NCBI GenBank assembly: GCA_905480605.1
Contig: CAJQRD010000020.1
Location: 1 to 64,000, forward strand
DNA: 64,000 nucleotides
Reading direction: 5' to 3'
DNA from: an uncultured Saprospiraceae bacterium
GTDB lineage: Bacteria; Bacteroidota; Bacteroidia; Chitinophagales; Saprospiraceae
The notes under the pieces were generated by a model. The model saw only the letters and a program-made list of their open reading frames with translations, was not told where the DNA came from and did not search any database. Made by a program: the position numbers and the translations under genes. Each line of letters opens with the position of its first letter. Positions within the stretch are counted from its first letter, which is position 1. Positions 17,444 to 26,340 of this stretch are shown piece by piece.

Positions 17444-18775
17444 CTACATACAGTTTAGGTCTCTTTGAGCAACCGGGTCATTGTTAGGGAAGCAATTTCC
17501 AGATGGAATCGCATCAGGAACATATCGCTCATAGTCACTGTCATACAATGCATCTCTTAAAAAATCCAACAGGTCTAATCTATCTTCTTTCGTTAGCTCA
17601 ATTGGTTTGAAATACCCTGATAAATCTTCAGTTTGGATATTTGGATTTTCTGATTGTGCATTTATTTTATAATCCACAACATCTTCCAGTGAGGTTTTAG
17701 AACTGCCATGGAAATACATTGAATAATCCTTCAGGTTATAAAGTTGTGGAACTTTAAATTTTCTCATGTCTTGCTCTTGACCTGTAAACATTCCTCTACC
17801 AAGATTTCTTGGATCGTCTGGTCCAGTGTTAAGACCACCATTTTGATACATATCTGGTGTGCCAATTGCATGAAAGTCCATTGCACTTAGTGCTGTTTCT
17901 CGGTGACAACTATAGCACCTTCCTTTATCAAAAAAGATCATAGCCCCTTCAATTTGATTATGTGTTAATGCGCTGTCATCTCCTTTTAAGAATTCTTGAA
18001 AGGGAGCTTTGTTCGCCAAGAAGCTTCTTAAGAATGCACCGATAGCAAAACTAGATGTGGTCGGAGAGTACCGTTCCTCAACTGGGAAGTCTGGAAATGC
18101 TTCATCATATAATTGTCTGTAACCATATTCATCCAAAACCTTTTCATTGATATCCAATCTGTGCAATGCAAAAGCTTCAATATTTTGTGCTTCTAGACCA
18201 AGGTATCCCGTATGGTTGACCTCAGATAATCCAGTCCAATATTCCTCAGTACCTTCATTTGGTCCACCTGCTCCAAACGCACCGCTCCACAATGTAACTG
18301 TACTATATCCTGCATTTAATGGGTTCATGGGTCTAGTGCCTTGTGCATCTATTTCGTCCTCTGCATATGAAGGTGCCAATTCTCTTGTTTCTCCATGCTC
18401 GCCATAGCCAAAAGCACCATCTGCAATGCCTTGTATTCTTCCAGGTAAAAACCCTCTGGAAGGAATGTGACAAGAAGAACAAGAGTATGTTTCATAACAC
18501 TCTTCATTGTTCGGTGATTGTGCTAAACCTGTTTCGAAAAACAACATGTTACCTAGTTTGACCTTGGCCTCTGTAACAGGGTTTGCTGGATCTTGATTGG
18601 GTAAATTTGCGTAGTCATCTGAATCAGGAAATACATAGTAATCTAATTCTCCTGTTTTTGATCTTTGCTTTATTAGTTCTTTTAATTCTATTATTTTTTG
18701 CTCATCTGATTCTTCAGTTTGACAAGCGACAAAAATAAATCCTAGAAAAAAAACTAAAGCGATTAATTTTTTCAT
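17444..18775 (-). CDS. di-haem cytochrome c peroxidase (CCP/MauG family) lipoprotein
   Basis: Lipoprotein signal (FIFVACQTEE) and two CxxCH motifs (CSSCH, CYSCH) with CCP-like spacing. Confidence 0.85.
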   Translation of the reverse strand: MKKLIALVFFLGFIFVACQTEESDEQKIIELKELIKQRSKTGELDYYVFPDSDDYANLPNQDPANPVTEAKVKLGNMLFFETGLAQSPNNEECYETYSCSSCHIPSRGFLPGRIQGIADGAFGYGEHGETRELAPSYAEDEIDAQGTRPMNPLNAGYSTVTLWSGAFGAGGPNEGTEEYWTGLSEVNHTGYLGLEAQNIEAFALHRLDINEKVLDEYGYRQLYDEAFPDFPVEERYSPTTSSFAIGAFLRSFLANKAPFQEFLKGDDSALTHNQIEGAMIFFDKGRCYSCHRETALSAMDFHAIGTPDMYQNGGLNTGPDDPRNLGRGMFTGQEQDMRKFKVPQLYNLKDYSMYFHGSSKTSLEDVVDYKINAQSENPNIQTEDLSGYFKPIELTKEDRLDLLDFLRDALYDSDYERYVPDAIPSGNCFPNNDPVAQRDLNCM

Positions 18776-18841
18776 TTGAGTTGTTTATTCAAAAATAGTG
18801 TGATGGGCGTGTTAGGTTTGGGCACTGATTTTTGAAAAATA

Positions 18842-19069
18842 TTATGCTACTTGAGGTAACTCTGAATTATCTATTTTTGACATTATAGCGTTGTTACTTT
18901 TTTGTTTTTTACCTGTAGAAAACTCTACACCAGTGATAGCTGCTAAAAAGAATAGAACACTTAGTATCGCTAAATAAGGAGTACCTATGATTAAGGGAGA
19001 AATAGCAAAAGCCATCATAAGGTAAAATCTAATTATAATCGTGTCGAAAGATGCGCTGTAGAATTTCAT
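18842..19069 (-). CDS. small two-TM membrane protein (hypothetical)
   Basis: 75 aa, two hydrophobic helices. Confidence 0.3.
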   Translation of the reverse strand: MKFYSASFDTIIIRFYLMMAFAISPLIIGTPYLAILSVLFFLAAITGVEFSTGKKQKSNNAIMSKIDNSELPQVA

Positions 19070-19170
19070 GCTTATTAGTTTTAATGTTTAGAATTCAAAA
19101 GTATCTACATTGATTATTTAATAAAATGAGAATTGTCATTATTTTAAATGAGAGTTGTCAATAAATAAGG

Positions 19171-19204
19171 AAACCCTATGAAGCATAAAGCGCCATAGGG
19201 TTTT
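19171..19204 (-). terminator. Rho-independent terminator-like hairpin (AAACCCTATG ... CATAGGGTTTT) downstream of the sigma/anti-sigma operon
   Basis: 10-bp inverted repeat with a 13-nt loop, followed by T/A-rich sequence. Confidence 0.45.
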
Positions 19205-19229
19205 GTCTTTGCTAGTGAAGATTAATGCA

Positions 19230-19871
19230 TTATTGAATTAATTCCATTCTAGTTATGTTTTCTTTCAACTTATCTATGTATTTCCCAAAAGCACTTTTGT
19301 TCATTTTGTTTGTTGTAATAAACGCTAATGGGAGTATGATAACCATCATTATTATTATTTTTAATAAGTAAGATGGGTCAGAAAAAGTTTCCATAATTGT
19401 ATATCCATTGTAATGTCTTGAAACCAATATTCCAACGATGAGTGCAGAGGGCAAAGTGAATAGTCCCCATGTATGCTCTATCTTCAAAGCATTAGAAATA
19501 AGATTTAAATTCTTTTTCATAGTTGCCAAGGTGTTGCTGGTAATATCCAGCCCAGAGTCCATTTTTTTGTATTGTGAAACCAACAACAGCAGTGCTATAA
19601 AATATGAGGCATTCATTGCTCCTACGATCAATAGAAGTTCTGGTCTGTCTAAACTGAAAAGCATCCAAGTTGAGAATAATGTTATAAATGCGGTTACCCA
19701 CATTATTTTAATTTTTAAGCTTTTTTTCAATGTAGATATTGTTGAGTTCGAATCTTTGTGAATTGCATCCATGATCTCTTGTTTTTGTATGTTATTTGAA
19801 GAAAATTTTTCGCTCGCTAATTTTTGCCAATCTTTGAAAAGATCTAGTTCTCGATTATCCATTCGTTTCAT
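19230..19871 (-). CDS. membrane protein, candidate anti-sigma factor
   Basis: It overlaps the 3' end of the ECF sigma gene and has a cytoplasmic N-region plus several TM helices. There is no recognisable anti-sigma domain, so the call rests on position. Confidence 0.4.
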   Translation of the reverse strand: MKRMDNRELDLFKDWQKLASEKFSSNNIQKQEIMDAIHKDSNSTISTLKKSLKIKIMWVTAFITLFSTWMLFSLDRPELLLIVGAMNASYFIALLLLVSQYKKMDSGLDITSNTLATMKKNLNLISNALKIEHTWGLFTLPSALIVGILVSRHYNGYTIMETFSDPSYLLKIIIMMVIILPLAFITTNKMNKSAFGKYIDKLKENITRMELIQ

Positions 19872-20346
19872 TTTTAAAGTCAGCAATAAGTTTCGATTTA
19901 ATTCTGTCGATTTTTACATTGACATGGTTTGTTGTTACACCCGCAATATCTGCGATTTCAGTATTTTTATATCCATCTAAATGTAGTGTGATCAACATCC
20001 GATCTACTTCGTTAATTTGTTTGATTAAGGTGTACAACATTTCATGATTTTCTCTTTGTTCATGATGCGTTGTTGTTTGCACTGATTCTTGATTAACCAA
20101 TTCTTTTTGTCGTGATTCTTTTTTATGGAAGGTCAAAGCTGTATTCAAAGCTACCTTGTAAAGCCACGTGCTAAACTTAGATTGTCCTTTGAAATTTTTG
20201 TATGACTTCCATGCTTGTAAAAGAATCTCTTGAAATAAATCTTTCCTGTCTTCTTTATCGTCAACATAGAGTCCAATCACTTTGTGAATGATGCCTTCAT
20301 TTTCTTGTATCAGGCCAACATATTCATTATTTAATTGATTAGACAT
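19855..20346 (-). CDS. RNA polymerase ECF-type sigma-70 factor
   Basis: Region 2 (FQEILLQAWKSYKNFKGQSKFSTWLYKVALN) and region 4 (KNTEIADIAGVTTNHVNVKIDRIKSKL). Confidence 0.85.
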   Translation of the reverse strand: MSNQLNNEYVGLIQENEGIIHKVIGLYVDDKEDRKDLFQEILLQAWKSYKNFKGQSKFSTWLYKVALNTALTFHKKESRQKELVNQESVQTTTHHEQRENHEMLYTLIKQINEVDRMLITLHLDGYKNTEIADIAGVTTNHVNVKIDRIKSKLIADFKNETNG

Positions 20347-20650
20347 ATCGAATTTTTAAAATCACATAATTAGTATCTGGAAGAGTGAAAAAATTACATG
20401 GAGGTATAAGTTTTTTTATTTTTTATTTAAATTAGAATGTAAGTTGTTGATATTCAATGGAAAGGAATATGATTTTTACTAAAAGAAATTTAAGATTTTC
20501 TAAATTTGAACCGCATATATCAGTTTTTTGTCCTTTTTTTAAGTTGATTGTATTTATAAAACAAGAAAGATGCATCCAATTGATAATTCAAACCAATCGA
20601 TCCTAAAAATAAGATAGTTAAATACTAACTTATAATTTACTGTAAAAGTA

Positions 20651-21034
20651 TTACTGAAATACAACTTGATGAAAACTCAAGCTGTTTTGTGGAACTCTTT
20701 CAAATGATTGGTTAGTAAATGTATCCTTTATAACAGTGATGTAAACGAGAAATGAATCTAATGATGTAAACTTAATTATACCATCTGTATTTGTTTGTCC
20801 AAATCGTACTTCATCTTCGCTATTTTCCTGATCAGCTTCATTATTATATATTAATACTTCAGCACCAAGGATAGGTTCAGTCAATTGACATCCAGGAGGA
20901 TTTAAGCACAATACTACTTCAACTTGTATGTCTCCAAACTTTTGTGGTTTGGGTTCAATTGGTGTTTCTATTATTTCTTTTGAGTATGAAACACAGAACA
21001 AAAGAACCGAAAGTGAGCAAAGTATTGAGTTCAT
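20651..21034 (-). CDS. hypothetical lipoprotein
   Basis: Signal MNSILCSLSVLLFCVSY, then a small beta-rich domain. The start was chosen at the internal ATG. Confidence 0.3.
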   Translation of the reverse strand: MNSILCSLSVLLFCVSYSKEIIETPIEPKPQKFGDIQVEVVLCLNPPGCQLTEPILGAEVLIYNNEADQENSEDEVRFGQTNTDGIIKFTSLDSFLVYITVIKDTFTNQSFERVPQNSLSFHQVVFQ

Positions 21035-21220
21035 AGATGAATGTTGTTTTTTATAGGACCAATACTTCCAAAGGTAGGAACTAATTGACACATGATTTAC
21101 GTTTTTTAAGATAGCATTAACATTGGAGTATTATATTGTCATGAGTTGTTAATTCAGATATTTTGACGTTCTTTAATGTAATGAATAACATTTGTACAAC
21201 AATAAATTACAAATAGCCAA

Positions 21221-21760
21221 ATGATAGAAATACTGACATGGGTTTCGATAATAGCAGGGGGAATATTAATTCTCATGCTTTTACTGTCTTTAATAGGAGG
21301 ACTGGATATAGATGTGGATGCAGATATTGGGCCTACAGATGCTGATTCAGCAGGAACTGGCGGATTGGGAATTATTAAAGGAGTATTGACTTTTATATCG
21401 GTCACGAGTTGGGTCATTAAAATATTATTGGCAACTCAAAAGAGTCCAACGATGGCAATAGGTATTGGTATTGTATCGGGAATAGCTGCTTTGTTATTAT
21501 TGAATTATTTGGCAGTAACCTTATTGAAAAATGATTCAAACGTAAACTATTCGATGGATGATGCACTTTTTCAATCAGGTACAGTATATCTGAAAATTCC
21601 CGGCGGAGAAAACACAGGAATTGTGCATGTAACGATCAAAGGAGCGAAAAGAGAAATGAAAGCAAAATCGTTTGATGGCAAAGGTATTGAAACGGGAAGT
21701 GCTGTTGATGTAATGGATATTGATGGAGAGTATGCCGTTGTAAAATTAACTGATAAGTAA
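21221..21760 (+). CDS. NfeD-like membrane protein (flotillin partner)
   Basis: N-terminal TM helices and a C-terminal OB-fold-like beta domain (VHVTIKGAKREMKAKSF...YAVVKL). It is immediately upstream of flotillin. Confidence 0.65.
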   Translation: MIEILTWVSIIAGGILILMLLLSLIGGLDIDVDADIGPTDADSAGTGGLGIIKGVLTFISVTSWVIKILLATQKSPTMAIGIGIVSGIAALLLLNYLAVTLLKNDSNVNYSMDDALFQSGTVYLKIPGGENTGIVHVTIKGAKREMKAKSFDGKGIETGSAVDVMDIDGEYAVVKLTDK

Positions 21761-21778
21761 AACCAAAAATTTATATAC

Positions 21779-23323
21779 ATGACAACTGGAATTTTAATAG
21801 CAATCGGATTTGTATTATTTATAGCATTTTTATTTCTTATCTTCTTTGTAAGTAGGTATAAAAGATGCCCCTCGGATAAAATACTAGTCGTTTATGGACG
21901 GACAAAGGGTGAGCAATCTGCTACATGTTATGCGGGTGGTGCAACATTCGTTATGCCTATATTTCAAGACTATAGATTTCTTGACTTAACACCGATTAGC
22001 ATTGATGTAAATCTTCAAGATGCATTATCTAAACAAAATATTCGGGTTTCTGTACCGGCACAATTTACTGTTGGTGTAAGCAATAAGCCTAATCTGATGA
22101 TTTCTGCAGCTGAACGTTTGCTAGGATTAGATCAGCCATCCATAAGATCTTTGGCGCATGATATTATAATGGGACAAATGCGTTTGGTAATTGCCAATAT
22201 GGATATTGAAGAATTGAATACAGATAGAGATAAATTCGTTGAATCTGTATATAGAAACGTGGGTAATGAATTGAATAAAATCGGATTGGAATTGATCAAC
22301 GTTAACGTAACGGATATTCAGGATGAGTCAGGATATATTCAAGCTTTAGGAAAAGAAGCTGCTGCAAAAGCCATCAACGATGCGAAGATCAAAGTAGCAA
22401 ATGAAGAGCGAACAGGTGCGATTGGACAAGCAGAGGCGCAACAAGATCAAAGAGTAAAAGTAGCAGATGCCAATTCAAGAGCAGAAATTGGAGAAGCGGT
22501 AGCCAATCAATCACAAAGAGTAAAGGTTGCTGAGAATATAAGTTTGGCTGAAATAGGTGAGGCACAAGCCAACCAAGCACAAAGGGTAAGTGTTGCAGAG
22601 GCCAACTCAAAAGCAGAAATTGGAGAAGCAGATGCCAGAGCTGTTGCAACATCAGGTAAGAATGAGGCAAGTATTAAAATTGCCAATTCAAATGCATTGC
22701 GTGATATAGAAGTAGCGGAGGCAGAACGTAAAGCAACAGCCGCTAGAAAAGTAGCATCTGCAAAAGCATTGGAGGAAGCATACAAAGCTGAAAAAGATGC
22801 TGAAGATGCTAGAGCTTCCATGGAGCTAGCGCGTAAACAAGCAGATATAGTTGTTGATGCAGATATAGCTAAACAAAAAGCAGTAATTGCCGCACAAGCA
22901 GAAGCAGAAAGGCAAAGAGAAATCGCAAAGGGTGAAGCTGATGCTATCTTAGCTAAGTATATGGCAGAAGCCAAAGGTCAAGAAGCATTGTTGACCAAAC
23001 AAGCGGAAGGTTTTCAAAGATTGGTTGATGCATCGAATGGGGATCCACAAAGTGCTATTGGTTACTTGATGATTGATAAATTGAATGGCTTGGCTGAAAT
23101 TCAAACCAACGCTATAAAAGATTTAGAAATAGATAAAGTTGTTGTTTATGATAACGGTAGTGGAAAAGGCGTAGGAAATTTTGTACAAGGATTGTACGGA
23201 ATGATGCCTCAACTTAATGACTTCCTCCAGCAGAGTGGAATGAGTTTGCCTGAATCTTTAGTTAAAAATAATGGCCAAGATAAAAAAGTCGACGAGCCAA
23301 AAGATGAAACTACAGAATCATAA
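21779..23323 (+). CDS. flotillin-like SPFH/band-7 protein (YqiK-like)
   Basis: N-terminal TM, SPFH domain, and long coiled-coil EA-repeat region with internal repeats (QRVKVADANSRAEIGEA / QRVKVAENISLAEIGEA / QRVSVAEANSKAEIGEA). Confidence 0.85.
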   Translation: MTTGILIAIGFVLFIAFLFLIFFVSRYKRCPSDKILVVYGRTKGEQSATCYAGGATFVMPIFQDYRFLDLTPISIDVNLQDALSKQNIRVSVPAQFTVGVSNKPNLMISAAERLLGLDQPSIRSLAHDIIMGQMRLVIANMDIEELNTDRDKFVESVYRNVGNELNKIGLELINVNVTDIQDESGYIQALGKEAAAKAINDAKIKVANEERTGAIGQAEAQQDQRVKVADANSRAEIGEAVANQSQRVKVAENISLAEIGEAQANQAQRVSVAEANSKAEIGEADARAVATSGKNEASIKIANSNALRDIEVAEAERKATAARKVASAKALEEAYKAEKDAEDARASMELARKQADIVVDADIAKQKAVIAAQAEAERQREIAKGEADAILAKYMAEAKGQEALLTKQAEGFQRLVDASNGDPQSAIGYLMIDKLNGLAEIQTNAIKDLEIDKVVVYDNGSGKGVGNFVQGLYGMMPQLNDFLQQSGMSLPESLVKNNGQDKKVDEPKDETTES

Positions 23324-23335
23324 AGTGATAAATAG

Positions 23336-23370
23336 AAAGGAAGGTTAAAAACCTTCTTTTCTTTAGTTTT
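23336..23370 (+). terminator. Rho-independent terminator after flotillin (GAAAGGAAGGTT-AAAA-ACCTTCTTTTC + T-run)
   Basis: Read directly. Confidence 0.6.
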
Positions 23371-23831
23371 CATTATAACACACGCATGTGCCTTTGCGAC
23401 ATGCAACACTAATAAACCTGAGCCCATCTTACACATTAAAACACCAGATCAAAAAAGTGTAAATGGATCGTCAGTAATTACATGTGAAATCGTTAAAAAG
23501 AATGGATAGCAAACTGATAAGGTAGAATACTATTTAGGACGATCCATTCAGGATTACTTTATTAAGTTTTGTGAAAGAGATATCTGTCAAATGAAAAACA
23601 TTTAGTATCAGTTAAAGATGGTTTTATAAAAATTATTACTGTCGAAGTAAAATTTAAGAAGGGTCTTTTAAGTGATTGTGGTGCAGTATAAGCAGTTGAG
23701 AGTCGATTAGGCGAGTATGTTACTTTAAGCAAAGTGATGTGGAGTAGGCGAAGGAATTGTATATTTATTTAGTCTTAATACAAGCTGTTTTTTTATAAAA
23801 AACTATTAATACTATATATCATTTCGGCAGA

Positions 23832-24455
23832 TTATGCATATCCTCTTACCGCAACAGTATATTCATAACCTGTCTTAATTAAAATTGTAGGAAAACTATT
23901 TATATCCAAAGAACTGACTTTTTCAAAATATTTTCTGACATCGCTTTTGAGTTTATCTGAGCTAAACAATTATGTAAATTGTTTTTTGTCAATAGCAACT
24001 TCATTCAGGGCATCAAAGTAGGATTCTACCAAATGCATATTTTTATTATCCCGATAAAATGCAAATTGCATTTCTTTAAAAAAAGATAAAGATTTAGTCT
24101 CGTCTATTTGTCTTACGGCAATGACTGCTCGATATGGAGGTTCTGTATCGTAAATAATTTCAGTTTCCTTTAAAATATTATAATTAAAAAGTTAACTGCT
24201 GGCTTCATTAACGTATTGTCAATAGTCTTTTAAAAAGTCTCTTAGTACAGACATGTACTGAGTATTGTAAGGTTCCAATCTACCTAGTAAAACCTAGTAA
24301 TAAATTTTATTCCCAAAGTGAGATTTTACATTACCTAATTCTGGAGCGATACCATAAGATCAAGAGCATATTGGGTCACCCACAGAAATTAGAGTTGGCT
24401 TTTGATCTGCGGTCATAGCAAAAGTAATTATTAGAGTTAAAATAATGTGAGACAT
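23832..24455 (-). pseudogene. DsbA-family (FrnE-like) thiol-disulfide oxidoreductase pseudogene
   Basis: The minus strand reads MSHIILTL..QKPTLISVGDPICS*, then in other frames YGIAPELGNVKSHFGNK..., ..YFDALNEVAIDKKQFT.., ...TGYEYTVAVRGYA*. This is a recognisable DsbA/FrnE skeleton broken by several stops and frameshifts. The CxxC is interrupted after the first Cys. Confidence 0.55.
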
Positions 24456-24661
24456 ATAAAAGCAATTTTGTACTGTATCGGTATAAAATCGACATTGATT
24501 AATGTTAAATTTTTGTTATTGTGTTATGAAAATAAAAAATCATTTTTTTATTTTTGCAGTAAATTCGATTGAAGAGTAATCAGTATTAACTTTTATTCTA
24601 AAATTCAAATAAAAGAAGCTTGAAAAAATTATAATTTCAAGATTTTATAAAGATTCGAAAT

Positions 24662-25585
24662 ATGAATATAAAAATTGAAAATGTAACAAAACGTTATGGT
24701 GTTCAGAAAGCTGTTGATGATATTTCCTTTGAAGTAAAGACAGGAGAAATACTTGGTTTTTTGGGTCCAAATGGAGCAGGAAAGTCAACGACCATGAAAA
24801 TGATTACCCATTATCTTAACATTGACGAAGGTGATATAAAAATAGATGGAAAATCAATTACCCAACATGAAATGAAAAAGCATATTGGATACCTACCCGA
24901 ACACAATCCTCTATATGAAGACATGCCTGTTATGGATTATTTGAAGTTTGCTGCTGAGCTACAAGGTGTACCGAAGTCGAAAGTAGATGATCGAATCAAA
25001 CAGATGATTGTAATGTGCGGATTGAATATAGAAAAACATAAGAAAATATCAGAGTTATCAAAAGGATATCGACAAAGAGTTGGATTGGCACAAGCCATGA
25101 TTCATGATCCGGAAATATTGATTTTAGACGAACCTACTACAGGTTTAGATCCCAATCAGATTGTTGAAATTAGAGAACTAATTAAAACACTCGGGAGCTC
25201 TAAGACAGTTATATTGTCTACACATATTTTGCCTGAAGTAGAAGCTACATGTGATCGTATAATGATTATTAATCGTGGTAAAATTGTTGCTGATGGCACT
25301 GCTGATACTTTGAGAAAGACAGCACAAGGAGGACAAGTACTGAAGGTAAGAATCTTAGGTTCTGATCTTGATGTTGTATTGCAAAGTCTAAATCAATTGA
25401 GTACTGTGCAAACTGCTGAGTTTGCAGATATAGAACAAGCTCGATTTGAGATACAATCAAAAATGGATATGACCTCAAATGAGGAAGTTTTTCGTCTGTG
25501 TGCTAAAAACAATTGGGTGCTAACAGAAATGATTCCTTTTGAAACCAAATTGGAAGATATATTCCGAGACTTAACAGTAAATTAA
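24662..25585 (+). CDS. gldA: ABC transporter ATP-binding protein, GldA-like
   Basis: Walker A GPNGAGKST, signature LSKGYRQRV, Walker B ILILDEP. It is followed by the ABC-2 permease and the GldG-like auxiliary protein. Confidence 0.8.
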   Translation: MNIKIENVTKRYGVQKAVDDISFEVKTGEILGFLGPNGAGKSTTMKMITHYLNIDEGDIKIDGKSITQHEMKKHIGYLPEHNPLYEDMPVMDYLKFAAELQGVPKSKVDDRIKQMIVMCGLNIEKHKKISELSKGYRQRVGLAQAMIHDPEILILDEPTTGLDPNQIVEIRELIKTLGSSKTVILSTHILPEVEATCDRIMIINRGKIVADGTADTLRKTAQGGQVLKVRILGSDLDVVLQSLNQLSTVQTAEFADIEQARFEIQSKMDMTSNEEVFRLCAKNNWVLTEMIPFETKLEDIFRDLTVN

Positions 25586-25598
25586 AAAATAATTAGAG

Positions 25599-26319
25599 AT
25601 GAACCCTACTTGGATAATTGCCAAAAGAGAATTGTCATCATATTTTAATTCTTTAGTGGCTTATATTTTATTAATAGCCTTCTTGGGCTTTACAGGTTTT
25701 TTTACTTGGTTAAGCGGTAATGGCGATGTTTTTTTTTCGAAAGCAAGCAGACCTGAAAGTTTTCTTCAGCATTGCAAATTTGACCTTATTCTTTTTTATA
25801 CCTGCAATAACAATGCGATTGCTGGCAGAAGAAAAAAAATCAGGAACTATTGAATTGCTGCTAACTAAAAATGTTACTAATCGAGAGATGGTGCTTGGCA
25901 AATTTTTGTCTGCATTTTTAATGGTTTCTATAGCATTGTTATTTACACTTCCTTATTACATTACTGTTAGTCAACTTGGAAACTTTGATCATGGCGCCAC
26001 CTTATGTGGCTATCTTGGTTTGTTATTGGTAAGTGGGGCTTATATAGGCGTGGGATTATTTGCAAGTAGTATTACAAATAATCAAATAGTTGCTTTTCTC
26101 TTGGCATTATTGCTAGGCGTAATGTTTCAGTTCCTATTTGGAATTATGGCCAGTAGCAGCAGTGGTTGGATTGCTGATGTATTTAATACTTTGAGTCTGA
26201 GTAATCATTTTGATAGTATTTCCAGAGGCGTTATTGACACAAAAGATATTGTTTATTTTTTGTCAATTGCTTTTCTTGGCATTTTTATGTCAGAGTATAT
26301 TGTTGGAAAACGTAAGTAA
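25599..26319 (+). CDS. gldF: ABC-2 type permease, GldF-like, split by an apparent 1-nt frameshift in a T9 tract (25729-25737)
   Basis: Track ORFs 25599-25853 and 25720-26319 are two halves of one permease (MNPTWIIAKRELSSYFNS... then ...ADLKVFFSIANLTLFFFIPAITMRLLAEEKKSGTIELLLT). The frames switch at GATGTTTTTTTTTCG. Confidence 0.7.
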
Positions 26320-26340
26320 TAAACCATTAAAATTTAGAAA

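Noticed and set aside
19738-19760. tRNA-like T-arm motif GAGTTCGAATC
   Set aside because: It has no acceptor-stem or anticodon-arm context, and it lies inside the anti-sigma-like CDS. It is a chance occurrence of the GTTCGAATC motif.
22389-22974. Antisense ORFs (93 aa and 155 aa, Ala/Leu-rich) inside the flotillin gene
   Set aside because: They are the mirror-strand reading of the GC-richer Ala/Glu-rich coiled-coil repeat region, which is a typical shadow-ORF artefact.
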